Shown: positions 25,457 to 39,947, counted from the stretch's first letter. The stretch: DNA of 52,912 bases from Octopus bimaculoides (GCF_001194135.2 NC_068983.1:119595690-119648601); one strand, 5' to 3'. The notes: a model not told the origin generated them from the sequence alone. Numbers and translations are program-made.

Positions 25457-28400
25457 CATATACAACAGGCTTTTTTTCAGTTTCTGTCTACCAAATCCAC
25501 TCACAAGGCGTTGGTCAACCAAAGGCTTAGCAGAAGACACCCAAAGTGCCATGCAGTGGCACTGAACCTAGAACCATGTGGTTGGAAAGCCAGCTTCTTA
25601 CCACACAGCCACTCCTGCAACTAGTATAGTATCTCAAGTCATTTATAATAATTTAATTAGGGCAAAGAGAATTTAAAGTCTTACAACCATTTCTGGGATA
25701 ACCCAAGTAGTAAGTTAGTATATCCACGCACTAGGCATTCCGTCATCAGAGACAAGGTATGAATATTTTAGACAGGGAAAATTTACAGTTTGCAAGGAAT
25801 AAAATTCACAGTTTATAAGGAATAAAATAGAAGAATAAAGTAGTAAATAGAGGAATAAAGAGTAAAGGCAGAGGTAATAAACTCGACTGCTCTCACAAAC
25901 AAGAATACTAAAAATGAACCTGACCGCTCTCAAAAATTAAGTAATAAAAAAAAAACAGAAAAAATAATCCAGAATCCTTATCCGGAACTGGATCAATCCC
26001 AAAATCTAATCAGATTGTGCCAGTCATGAAGCCAAACATCCCTGAAAACTTCATTCAAATCCATCCAATGGTTCTTGAGATACCTTGTCCATAGACAAAG
26101 AAAGAAACAAACACAACTGAAACAATACCTCTGCCTTAGCAAAGTGTAGTAGGTAAAGTTACTATAGCCTCTTCATAACCACTCGAATCACGAGCCAAAT
26201 ATATACAATACTATATTACCTAAATTTCTCTTTCCTCTCCCTTCATTTACCCTTGCCATCAAGTTGCATCCATCTCACACTAAAATTGTAGCCTCCTTCC
26301 CCATTTCATGACACATAAATGAATGGCTAGATTCAACTTTAAAGTATTAAGATATAACTAGTTGATGAATGGCTACTTGAAAATTTGAAAGCTCATCTCA
26401 TATTTTGTTACACTCAGCTTTGAAATAATACGTATCCTTGTTCCATTAACCTGATATGAAATGAGAATGAATGACTTCATATAAAATGTATTTAACAGCT
26501 TTTATGCCATTTATTTAATAGGAAAATGAAGTAGACACTACACAAACACACAAACATACACACACATATACATACATATATATATACACACATGTGGAGG
26601 CACAATGGCCCAGTGGTTAGGGCAATGGGGTCATGGTCGTAGGATCGCGGTTTCGATTTCCAGACCGGATGTTGAGTGTTTATTGAGCAGAAACACCTAA
26701 AGCTCCACGAGGCTCTGGTAGGGGGTGGTGGTGAACCCTGCTGTACTCTTTCACCACATCTTTCTCTCAATCTATCTTCCTGTTTCTGTTGTACCTCTAT
26801 TTCAAAAGGGCAAGCCTTGCCACACTCTGTCATGCTGAATCTCCCCGAGAACCACGTTAAGGGTACATGAGTCTGTGGAGTGCTCAGCTACTTGCATGTT
26901 AATTTCACGAGCAGGCTGTTTCGTTGATCAGATCAACTAGAACCCTCGTCATCATAACCGACGGAGTCCCACAATATACACACATATAATTACATATATA
27001 TAGGAACACACATAGACACATACACACACGTAGATACATACACATACATATAAACATACATACATATACACGCTAATAACTGAGTCACTATCAGAACTAG
27101 AAAAGTTTCAGGTGTGGAAGCAAGTTCTAGAGTTGAAGGGCCTCAGAGTCAATCTAGCAAAAACTAAAGTCTTAGTAAGTAGGAAGGCAGACAAATCACA
27201 AATCCCTTCAGGTAGATGGCCCTGCTTGATCTGTAGAAAAGGCTTAGGTAGAAACTCCATAAGAAGGTGCAGCAATATCAAAGGAAGGCTAACTGGGAAG
27301 ATAATTTTTGTGTGTGGCAAATGTTCAGGGGCAATAAACACTGAAAGTGTGCAGAGAACAATTTCTGCCACATTCCAGGGAGAAAAACCAGAAGTTGTTG
27401 ATAGCTTCCGTTACCTAGGTGACCAAGTCAGTAGTGGGTGTGGATGCTCTGAGAGTGTAGCTGTTAGAATAAGAATAGCCTGGGCAAAGTTTAGAGAGCT
27501 CCTACTTCTGCTGGTGACAAAGGACCTCTCGCTCAGAGTAAAAGGTAGACTGTATGATGCATGTGTGTGAACAGCCATGCTACACAGCAGTGAAACATGA
27601 ACCATGAGTGCTGAGGACATGTGTAAGCTTGAAATGAAATAAAGCTAGTATGCTCTGCTGGATGTGTAATGTCAGTGTGCATACACGACAGAGTGTAAGC
27701 ACCCTGAGAGAAAAGTTGGACATAAGAAGTATCAGATGTGGTGTGCAAGAAAGACGATTAGGCTGGTATGTTCATGTGTTGTGTATGGATGAGGAAAGCT
27801 GTGTGAAAAAGTGTCATATCCTAGCACATGAGGGAACCTGTGGAAGAGGTAGACCCAGGAAGACCTGGGATGAGGTGGTGAAGCACAACCTTCAAACATT
27901 GGGCTTCAGAGAGGCGATGACAAGTGACCGAGACCTTTCAAGATATGCTGTGCTTGAGAAGACCCAGCACGCCAAGTGAGACCGTAACCGTGGCCTATGC
28001 CAGTGCAGCATAACCGGCCCATTTAAGAGTACCCTTCAATTGTTGGGCAATAAGATGTGCTTGTGAAGACCTGTTGAGTCAAGTGAAGTCATTGTTTTGG
28101 CGAATGCCAGTGCTGTCTGACTGGCACCCATGCAGGTGGCACATAAAAAGCACCATTCAAGCATGGTCGATGCCAGTACTGCCTGACTGGCCCTCATGTC
28201 GGTGGTATGTAAAAAGCACCCACCACATACTCGGAGTGGTTGGTGTTAGGAAGAGCATCCAGCAGTAGAAACTTTGCCAGATCAGATCGGAGCCTGGTAC
28301 AGCCTTCTGGGTCGCCAGTCCTCAGTTAAACCATCCAACCCATGCCAGCATGGAAAGCGGACGCTAAAAGACGATGATGATGATATGTACACACACACAT

Positions 28401-28505
28401 ACACATACATATGTGTGTATACATCTGTACGTGCATATAATATATATATATATATATATACACACACAGACATATACACACATATATACATACATCTATA
28501 TAATT

Positions 28506-28552
<47 letters not shown>

Positions 28553-31235
28553 AACACACACACACATACACACAGAGATATATGAACAAAAAAACTGAAG
28601 ACTGCTTAAACAATAGATCATTGAAACAAATGACAAGTTTCTTAGGCATAAAACATACATAAAGTTAACTATAACAACTACTTTTCCCCAACAGTAAACC
28701 ATGTTTTATTCTATATACTTGCTCTGCTAAATAAAATGCTTAAGCTGACCAATCCTGTATCTTTAAATGTGTTAAATACAATAAATACTTCAGATTCTTT
28801 AGTAATGTAAGGTATTATAATAAATGGTTTTAATACTCATGAAACTCATTGTTAGATATGGGTCATGACCCAAACTTATGTTCTCAAGAGTTCTTTTTTT
28901 TTATAAACCTCAACCAGTCTTGCATTATAAATCATTTTTGTACTTTATTACCAACAAATGTTTGTTTCTTTGTGTAGTCAGGTCAATCTTTGTATTTTTT
29001 TCAGCTTATACATGTGGCTGTGATTTTGTTCCCATCCAAATTAACTGTATTGTTAGGATTTTTTTTTTGTTTTTAATCCCTTAGTTACTCAAAATATTTT
29101 TCCTTTTAAGTTTTTTTTTTTTTATAAAATTTCACCAGCTTTTTTTTTTTTTTTTGTAACAAAGAGATTTAGTCATGTCAATTCACTAATACCTTGTTGA
29201 TTCAAATGATTTGTTTCAGAGTTAATGACAAGTGTAATACTTATTCTTTTGTTCTTTTACTTGTTCAGTCATTAGACTACAGCCACGCTGGGGCATTGCC
29301 TTGAAGAACTTTGGGCCAAATGAATCAACTCCAGTAGTTATTTTTTGTGAAGCCTTGTACTTATTCTGTTAGTCTCTTTTGCCGAACTGCTAGGCAATAG
29401 GAATGTAAACACACCAACACTAGTTTTCACACAGTGGTGGGAGACAAACAGACACACATTCACACACACACACAACAAGCTTCTTTCAGCTTCCATCTAC
29501 TAAATCTACTCATAAGGCTTTGGTCAGCCTGAGGCTATAGTAGAAGCCACTTGCCCAAAGTATCACACAATGGGACTGAACCTGGAACCAAGTGGTTGGG
29601 AAACAAGCTTCTTAACACACAGTCATGCTTTAAAAAATATCAAAATTTCTTCTGTTGATTTAAAAAAGAATTTGAAAACAGAGAAGAAAAAAAAAGGGTT
29701 TGCCAGAGCTCTGCAGCTTATACACATTTCAAATATCTCTTATCTTTTACTTGTTTCAGTCATTGGACTGTGAAAATACTGGGGCACCACCTGGAAGGGT
29801 TTTAGCTGAATGAATTAACTCCAGCATTTATTTTCATTTTAAGGCTGGTACTTAATCTATTGGTCTCTTATACGAAACTTCTAAACAAACCAAACAAGTT
29901 GTCAAGTGGGACAAACACACACACACATCAACTTAATACACAACCAAAAGAGCTATTAATAGTTTCATGCTTTTATGATACTTTAACTAGGCATATTTAT
30001 AAAATATGCCATGTATCTCCAAACACTCTTTCAGGCTCTGTTTATGCATGAAACTATTAGCATTCTTTCAATTATGTCTTAAACTGATATTTAACTCTCG
30101 CTGGATACTTTTTTTTGTTGATTCTACCTATATTGGATGGATGGATCTCACTCTTTCTCTCTCTCTCNNNNNNNNNNNNNNNNNNNNNNNNNNNNNNNNN
30201 NNNNNNNNNNNNNNNNNNNNNNNNNNNNNNNNNNNNNNNNNNNNNNNNNNNNNNNNNNNNNNNNNNNNNNNNNNNNNNNNNNNNNNNNNNNNNNNNNNNN
30301 NNNNNNNNNNNNNNNNNNNNNNNNNNNNNNNNNNNNNNNNNNNNNNNNNNNNNNNNNNNNNNNNNNNNNNNNNNNNNNNNNNNNNNNNNNNNNNNNNNNN
30401 NNNNNNNNNNNNNNNNNNNNNNNNNNNNNNNNNNNNNNNNNNNNNNNNNNNNNNNNNNNNNNNNNNNNNNNNNNNNNNNNNNNNNNNNNNNNNNNNTTTC
30501 CATCTACCAAATCTAAAATAGTTTACAACTGAATTCTAACATTTAAAGTTTTTTATATCCAATATTTTTAACAATGATAAAATGCTTCAACAGGACTGAA
30601 TCTAAAAATTGCAATGAAATGTTGCAGCCATTACCATTAAGTACAACAAATCCAACACTACTTAAGCATCATAAACAGTTAAGAATTTTAACAGTAGCAT
30701 ATTAGTTTAAAAGGCAGGCCACAGGAGTACAGAATTCAAAAACTTAAAATACAACAGAAAATTAACTAATTTCACATAAAAATATCAATATAATTTCTTT
30801 TTAATAAATTATTATTTACTCAACAAGATCATTAAGACGAGTAACTGCATACTATGATCCAAAATGAATTAACAATAAACACATGAAGATACTACTTAAC
30901 AGAAATAAACTGTAAAGCTAAGTAACCAGTTTAGTAATAATAATGAAGATGGACTCTCCCATCAAAGATAACATATGAACATTCAGCTTTTGCCAAACAA
31001 CCTGCACAAATGATTTGTCTATAGTGATCAAATGTTCGTGCCACACATTAGTTCACTCTCTCCATCAAATCAATGCTGTCTGAACAGGTGCACTGTGTAC
31101 CATGCATCAGGTGTCGAAGTGATTGCAAAGTAACATGAGATGAAGTGTTTTGCTAAAGAACACAACACACCACCCAGTCTAGGAATTGAAATCATGATCC
31201 CACGATCATGAGTGCAACACCCTAACCACTAAGCC

Positions 31236-31270
<35 letters not shown>

Positions 31271-34200
31271 TCTTTCTAATTTTTGTACAAGGGCAGGAGG
31301 GGCAAGTCAATTAGATCAATCCCAATTCTCAATTGGTACTTATTTTATTAATCCAGAAAGGATGAAAGGCTAAGTCAACCCCCAGCAGAATTTGAACACA
31401 GATGTAAAGTACTAGAAGAAATGCTGCTAAGCATTTTGTCTGATGCTCTAATGATTCTACCAGTTTGCTGGAGGAGAGGGAGGAGGAAGAGGAAGAGGAG
31501 GAAGAGGGAGAGGAGGAAGAGGGAGAGGAGGAAAAGGAGGAGGAAGAGGAAGAGGAGGAGGAGGGAGAGGAGGAAAAGGAGGAGGAAGAGGAGGAGGAGG
31601 GATAGGAGGAAAAGGAGGAGGAAGAGGAAGAGGAGGAGNNNNNNNNNNNNNNNNNNNNNNNNNNNNNNNNNNNNNNNNNNNNNNNNNNNNNNNNNNNNNN
31701 NNNNNNNNNNNNNNNNNNNNNNNNNNNNNNNNNNNNNNNNNNNNNNNNNNNNNNNNNNNNNNNNNNNNNNNNNNNNNNNNNNNNNNNNNNNNNNNNNNNN
31801 NNNNNNNNNNNNNNNNNNNNNNNNNNNNNNNNNNNNNNNNNNNNNNNNNNNNNNNNNNNNNNNNNNNNNNNNNNNNNNNNNNNNNNNNNNNNNNNNNNNN
31901 NNNNNNNNNNNNNNNNNNNNNNNNNNNNNNNNGGATAGGAGGAAAAGGAGGAGGAAGAGGAAGAGGAGGAGGAGGGAGAGGAAGAGGAGGAGGAGGAGGA
32001 GGGAGAGGAAGAGGAGGAGGGAGAGGAAGAGGAGGGAGAGGAAGAGGAGGAGGAGGAAGAGGGAGAGGAGGAGGAATAACAACAACAATAACAAAACACT
32101 GATACAAATTCAGTGAAATCTAAGTTGTAGAATTTGGACCAAGAAGCACAAAAGGAAATATATTGATGTTTCTTTCAAACTCAAACATTACTTATCATTT
32201 ATTGAAAACATGTCCAAAAGGATTGACTGGATTTTGAGGAGCAAAAATATGGCAAAGAAAAATGTAATGATAAATAAGTAATGCAAACAAACGATAATAG
32301 AACAGGGGAAACAAATATCACAGACTGATCTGGGAGTGACAGGATCTAAATAAAGCAATGGAAAAGGGATGTCAAAAAAGAATTCAAAGAAAATTTCAGT
32401 GTTTTACTATTTCCTTCATCTTTTATCTTTTACTTGCTTCAGTCATTAGAGTATGGCCATGCTGGGGCACTGCCTTGAAGAATTTTAGTCAAATGAGTCA
32501 ATCCTAGTACTTACATATTTTTTAAAACTTGGTACTTATTCTATCAGTCTCTTTTGCTGAACTGCTAAGTTACAGGGACTTAAACACACCAGTACCAGTT
32601 GTCAAGTGGTGGTGGTGGACACAAACACAGACACAAAGACACACACACACATACATGATGGGCTTCTTTCAGTTAGTCAGCCTAAGGTTATATCAGAAGA
32701 CATTTGCCTAGTGGGATTGAACCTGGAACCATGTGCTGACCATGCCAGCACCTATGAAAACAACTACATCCATCTTCTGTGCCTGTTATTCCTTGAGGTG
32801 GTCATGGAGGTAGAGTTCTTAGGCACTTCCTTTATAGGGTCGTATCAGAAGCAACTGTCATTAGACTTTTTGGCTGGATTTCCAAGTGTAACCAACTGAG
32901 ACTATGGATATTATTATCTATACACCTCATTCTTGGTCTACTCCTAGGTCTCCTACTGGTTGGCTCAGTTTGAAGAATCTGTCTTACGACATTCTAATCA
33001 CATCTGTAATACTGGTGTTGTGACATCTCAGTATGGAGAAACAGTGGCTTGACTTGGGTAATAATTACATTTCTCAATGATTCATAGCTCTTTTACATTT
33101 TTAGAATACTGTATAAAACTATGATGACCAGCATGGATACACATTCCCAATTAATTTCAAATGGATTTAAGGGATTCCTGTCTCAGACTTACCACTTCTC
33201 TCAGTTCTTCCCACCCAGAATGCTATCTCTCTACATTTCCTTTCTGTCTTATATCTTTCTGGCAGTCAATTAATCCCGTTGACTTACACCCATCTTGGAA
33301 GACCTGCGAAGATGTAAACACAACTCACTTCCTCCAGACCAAACCAATAATTTATTTAAGTTTCTAAAAGAATCAAATATTTTTCATTTTCCTTGAAAAG
33401 CAATTTAATACTGTATGCTCTTCTAATAATACATTTCAAATTATGCATAATTTTTTTTATTAAGTGAGGACAAAATGGGAAGAATTTTTTCAAATGTAAA
33501 ATAATTTTAGGTTTCAAAAAGTAAAAACAAAAATGTTTAAAATAATTTGCTCTTCCTGTTTTGCATAACTTCATTGTCTTCTAATGATTGTAAACAAGAA
33601 TAGAAATCCCTTTTCAAACAAAATGTTAATTCCATTAGCAGCATAAGGCCAAATAAGGTGCTGATGACAGAAGCATCCAAGTAGATGGTTCTGTTAGAAT
33701 TCTCTGTTCCCTGGGAGGACTGCATTGAGAAGGTTAATGAGGGCAAGAGGAGGAATTATTTTAAGCTAATGTAGTTATGCCAAAGTAGTGGGTGGCAAGC
33801 AAACTGCAAGCCCATTGAGATGGGATGCAGTGGGCTTGTAGGTCAGTCCCTCTGCAGAGCTTACAGCATGCTTGGAAGCTGTGTAGGTAGCAGAGATTGC
33901 TTCAAATGGCTGTGGATCAAGAAGGGCAAGTCCTATAAGGAGCAGTGCTACCTGGATACAAGCTGGGGGTTTGATCAACCCTGGTTGGGTCACCTGGGTA
34001 AGGATGTCTCATGTTGAAAGATCTAAAACACCTAATGACCCCAAAGAAACATCACTGATGACGTGTCCAGGTGCATCATAGGATGATGTAGGGAAAAACT
34101 TCCCAAATAATCTCTAGTCACAAAGACTGAACATAGTTACCAAAACTTTTCAGGTTATTAAAAAAAAATACAGGGTAAAATCCATGTTACATTAACATAA

Positions 34201-35013
34201 TCGGGATTAATTATTGTATATTAAATGTAATCCAAAATTAATAAAATAAGAAACAAGAATTATTTTCTCAGATCAAGCACAAACCATGTTTCTTTTATCA
34301 AAAGACTTGGATAATCAATCCTTTTTCACAAATTTCATTTCATTTGTAACTCCTTTCAAAGTGGTTTAAGATATTCATACTGGAAGGAAGTAATCCTAAA
34401 CTTGTTTAAGTCATTCATCTAAGAAGAAACTGACCCAGAATTGCTCAGTTGATTTTCATTTTAAAAAGCCAAATGTATCTTTGAATTATGCTATCATGTT
34501 TTTTTCCCCACACAACTTCCATATTCATGACTTTCTATTTCCATTTTAACCAAGTAGTCCATTCAACAACTAGTTTGAAAATTGAATTTACAATTATTTG
34601 ATTTTGATGCGTAAACTGTAATTAAAAATGCTAGTTTGCAATAGCTCTATATCAGTGGCTTGAGCTTTCCCAAGGATATTGAAAGGTCTTTGTAGACCAC
34701 TGCTCTATATCATAGTGGCATATTTTACAACTCCATTTAGTGAAAAGACTCAAAGAATTTTCAACTAGTATTTATTTCTTTCCTTAATAATATTTTGCTA
34801 TCAACAGAAAACAGAAAGACTGTTAGGTCAGGTATCCATCTATTTCCAAATATACAATATATGAGACATGAAATGTTGCGTAGTGTTGGTATGTATGAGT
34901 GTGAGCATTCAAGTTAGGTAAGCAGGATTATCAATGTCCTTAATGGGTAAAAACTTATTGAAATTTTCGAGAGTTGTAAAGCTGTTAAAAATATAAAATA
35001 TGTAATTTATATA

Positions 35014-35062
<49 letters not shown>

Positions 35063-38000
35063 ATATATTTTCATTAAGGATAAAAAAATTTAACTACATA
35101 GATTAATTGTTATTGTTCCTCCTATTCTCTGAAATTTGTATATTTCTACACTCCTGAAATGAGTTATTAGGACAGTTTCAAGACTATTAAACTAATCAGT
35201 GTATGTGTGTATGAGAGAGAGAGAGAAGAGACAGGCAGACAGGGGAGAATGCAAATGACTCTAGTTATCCTGTAGATTGAAACATGTACAACATTTCCAA
35301 GACTACACTGGAAAGGATTCCTTCCTACCTGCATCAGGCTCATAGGAGGTTTTGAACTTAATAGTTCCATCTAACAATATAGTTATTTTGGTTATCTATC
35401 TATTAATTTATGTATAATTTATTCTTTTACAAGCATTTTTGCGAACAATTGCCTCATCAAACATTTTAATTAGAAAGCAAATAAATCCAACAAGTTAACC
35501 AACCAACTGTTCAGCTTTTTGTGGGGTACAATTAGCAGGAGTTATTTATGTAGTTATTTGTATTTTGTTATTTGTAACGATTCAAACTGCAGATTCTGGA
35601 AGATCTTTTTAGTTGCCGATGGCTGAATCAAGAAAATTCAATTCAACGTGCTGGCATTGGTCTGTGTAGGCTAAGATAGTTGTTTAGCATTATCCATCAT
35701 ATTGTGGTAACCTAGCTCTGAATTCTGATGGGCTGAAGTCTGTATGAATTTTGCATAGTAATGAAATAACAGCAAGCTCTTTAGCAATTTTAGCTTCTCA
35801 ATCTGCAATGATCCTGAGAAATTTCTTTTGCAGTGAACTGGATTGGATGAAGGTATCTTGTGCATCCTTCATCTAGGATAACTACACATACTCCATGATA
35901 TTTACCAATACTGGCTTTTCCATCTGTTTTCAGTTTGATTGCATCTGTGAAAGATGGCAGAGACAGGTTCTGATTATATCATCTGCATGTCTCCTGTATC
36001 CAAAATTCCACAATTGTCATTCACAAAATGGAAGTCAAAGTTTGATGGGCTTCTTTTCTTTGACAAATCCGTGCATGGATAGGATGCTGAATACACTTTT
36101 GCCAAAGGACAAGAAGCCGAGCAGACACAATGCCAAATGGACATAAAAATGAAAAGACACAATGATAAAAAAAAAAAACATTCCTACCTAAATAGTTTAA
36201 CAACCAATTCACTATTTGGCAATTTTATTATATATTTTAATTTTTGTATGTCATTTCAGCATCTTGTCCATTCGGCTTAATGTCTGTTCAACTTTATGCC
36301 TGTTTGGCATTGTGTCTGCTCAGTTTCTTGACTTCTTGACTTGGCATAAGTGCATTCAGCATCCCATCTGTATGCCAACAAACCACTTCATTTTAGTGGT
36401 TCAACTTGACACAGTTCAGTTAACCAATCAAGTTTTCATTCTGACAAGGTCTTTATCCAGTTTGGATATTACAAGATGATTCTCAATTATATTAGTGAAA
36501 AGGGCATGGAGTCATCAGCATGCAGGTGCATGTTTTCAAATGCACCGACTAGATCACCTGTGAAAACAGTGAACAGATGTTGACCAATTTATTGAATCAA
36601 ATGAGATTGACATACTGATGATGATGATGGGTCAGAAATCTAACAAAAGAGTAACTTTCACGGATTTTCTATGGGGATAAAACAGTTTCCTAAATATCCT
36701 TTTGAATTTCAGCTTGGCAAAATCTTTAATGTTCATGGTTATGTGACACACACACACATTTTAACTTATGTTCAGGCATTTACTCTTGGAGAAGATAGAT
36801 CTACTAATGGTATGTCAGCTCTTGTACACAATAGGAAGCTGTACTTAATGCACTAATCAATGGTATCTATCTACAACTAGATGGACTAGGCCAGTGAGAA
36901 TTAAGTATCTTGGCCACAAAAATAATGCATATAATAGATATGAACCATTCATCTTTCAGTTGATAATTTAATTTTTCAGTGCATCCATCTCTGGTTCTCA
37001 GGAGAAAGCTGTGATTGATAAAATATGGAAAGGAAGTTTGTCAAAAGAGATAATGTAATGTACTTTTTCAGCTGGTTTAAATCATCATGATGAGGCTTCT
37101 GGGAGCATCTTCTCATTTTATATGAATTTAAGTCACAGTTTCTGAGTCCTTTATCTTTGTTTAGTGTATTATATTTTTTGATAATGAACTGAAAATAAAA
37201 TGGACATTTTGGAAACAATCTTTACTAGTTCTGTCATGGTCCCCATTTTTTTTGTCTGTTTTTCCATGCTTGCATGGGTTGGACAAATCCTCTTCAACAA
37301 CATCCTTGCTATTTGTTGCACTCTTTATCTATTGCTGCAAAAAAGAATAACTTTTTTGTCAACAGAGGTAATAACTCCTTGAACATTTTCCCCTTTGTTC
37401 TTATTCTGGCTACTACATTGTCAAAGCACTTTCATCCATTACTGATTAGGTTACTTAGGTAACAGAAGCTATTGGCTACTTCTATGGCATCTTCCATGTA
37501 TAGGAAGGAATTCAATTTGACTGCTAACTTCTCCGGTGTATCTACCACACATACAAAGTCTTTTTTCTTTGTCAGGTTACTGCGATCCCACTACATCTCT
37601 TGTGAACCATTAGATTATGTTGAATACAGTGTATGGTGTTCCAAAGTGCTCCTTTCCTACATATTGAAAACAGTTGTTTCCCTAATGGTAGAAAGGTCCT
37701 GTCTTCTTTCCTTCTTTACTTACTAAAACTTTAATCTTTGCTCAGTATATTTCAAAGTTTTCCAGTTCTAGATTTTGCTTTATACATCTGGAATTCCTTC
37801 TTTAAACCATTCACAGATCACAGATTCAGTTAAGTCATCAGCATAATGGAGTTCCCACAGACAGCATGTTTTAAACTCCTCTGTTATGGCCTGGAGATCT
37901 ATGATAAATAGAAGGGAGCTGAAAAGAAACCTTGGTGAACACCTAATTGCACACTAAATTCCACTCTGAACACATTGCCAACTTTTGCTTAGCTAACAGC

Positions 38001-39880
38001 ATTTCAGGCCATGGCTTGCAGACTCTCACAAACCACTATCCGTCTATACCTAGTTTTCTTAAAGACTGACTACAAAGTGCGGTATCCAGTTAAGTGCCTT
38101 CTCCAGATTAACAAATGCCATGTAAAATGCCTAAAAACTTTCCTAGCAATTGTCACCCTAAGAATGCATCAGTGGTACTCTGACCTGGCACAAATCTGAG
38201 CTACATCTCAACTAAGCAAATTTCTTAGATAAGCTGATCTGTTACATCAAAATCCTTGTTACTTTCATAACTTGGTCCATCAGTTTCATACCTCTGTAAT
38301 TTCTACAAATAATAAAAGACAACTAAGATCAACTGTACACAAATAACACTTAATATTCTCTTAACTTTTGTTTATTAATGTTTATCTCTTTTATATTATC
38401 TGTATCCAACTGCTGAGTTCTATCAAGACAATTTCCAATGTATCTACCAAATTACTGCCTATGGCAAGCAAGAAATTCTGTTCGTCACTGTTTTGGTAGG
38501 CAATTCTAAAAACAATTGATTATGCTTTTCTACTCAGGGTATTCGGCAACTTTAGCCTATATTTTATAAACAAACCTGGATAATGTTCTCATTGTGGTAG
38601 AGTTTCTGTGCTTTTGCATCAATTACTTCAGTTTGGTCTGGAAGAGTCATAAATTGCTATGACTCATCCCTTTCCCTGTCTGTAACAGTTTGTTTTCTTT
38701 GCCTACATCTCTCTCTCTCTCATTAACAACTGCTGTCTGTTTTAGTTGTTGATAATGATATTAAACATCTATTTAACACCAAAACAAGACCAAAAACATA
38801 CCAAACTAATGCTACACAGGGTCTAGTACAAAAGAAAATTTATAAGTCAATTAGACTCAAAATATTCCAAGTATGGCAATCAAGGATATTGCTTCTTCTT
38901 TGTGGATTTGAATGGTAGATATAAACCATAAAAGAATTTTCTTTTTGCAAACATTTTTTAATGATGCTAATTATACCAGTTGCAATTACAATATACCAAA
39001 TGCCATCACAATAAATGAGTACTAAATATATTTGTTAATTATCTGTGCATTCGAGCTTATATATGTGTGTCTCAATTTATCAAGATCTATGTGTGTGCAT
39101 GTGTCTAATTATGTATTTATACATGTAGAGTGGGTGTATACATGTGTATATTTGTATGCATATATATTTACATATATCAGTTGTCACTTATGTCTCTCTC
39201 TCTCTCTCTCTCTCAATATATATATATATATATATATATATTATCATCATTTAACATTTGTTGTCCATGTTGGTATGGGCTGGAGGGTTTAACCAGGGCT
39301 GGTAAACTAAAGGGCTGCACCAGACTAAAGTCTAATTTGAGATGGCTTCTATGGCTGGATGCCCTTCCTAAAGCCAACTACTCCAAGAGTATAATGGTTG
39401 CTTTTATGCGCCACCAGCATGGGTGTCAGTTGCCTGACACCAGTATCTGTTACGACTATGAATTTAGTTGGCTTAATGGGTTTTCTACTCAAGCATGGCA
39501 TATTGCCAACGGTCTCAGTCATTTGTTATTACCTCTGTGAGGCCCAACGCTTGAAAGGTGCTTTTAACATGTCGCTGGTACAGATGCTAGTTATATGACA
39601 CCAACATCAACCACATGTTTGCATAAATATAAACAAATATATACATGTGTGTATATATATATATATATTTATACCTACTCTTTTACTTGCTTCAGTCACT
39701 TGACTGTGGCCATGCTGGAGCAGCGCCTTTTAGTCAAATAAACTGACCCCAGGACTTATTCTTTGTAAGCCTAGTACTTATTCTATTGGTCTCTTTTGCT
39801 GAACTGCTAAGTTACAGGGACGTAAATACACCAACACTGGTTGTCAAGCAATGGTGGGAGGTATTAACACAGACACATAA

Positions 39881-39947
<67 letters not shown>

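Noticed and set aside
28593-28645. CTGAAGA...GAAAC...GTT hammerhead candidate (also similar cases at 24375-24430 and 45228-45255)
   Set aside because: Stems I-III do not pair or core bases are missing.
31329-32116. Long poly-S, L, P and R ORFs, and all X-rich ORFs spanning gaps
   Set aside because: Translations of microsatellites and N runs.
33661-33700. CTGATGA followed by a good hairpin (possible hammerhead)
   Set aside because: No GAAA after the stem and no stem I; the sequence is HERO-like coding DNA.
35580-36020. Possible RT remnant (RRHADD) on the minus strand
   Set aside because: A single weak motif among many stops; no family could be assigned.
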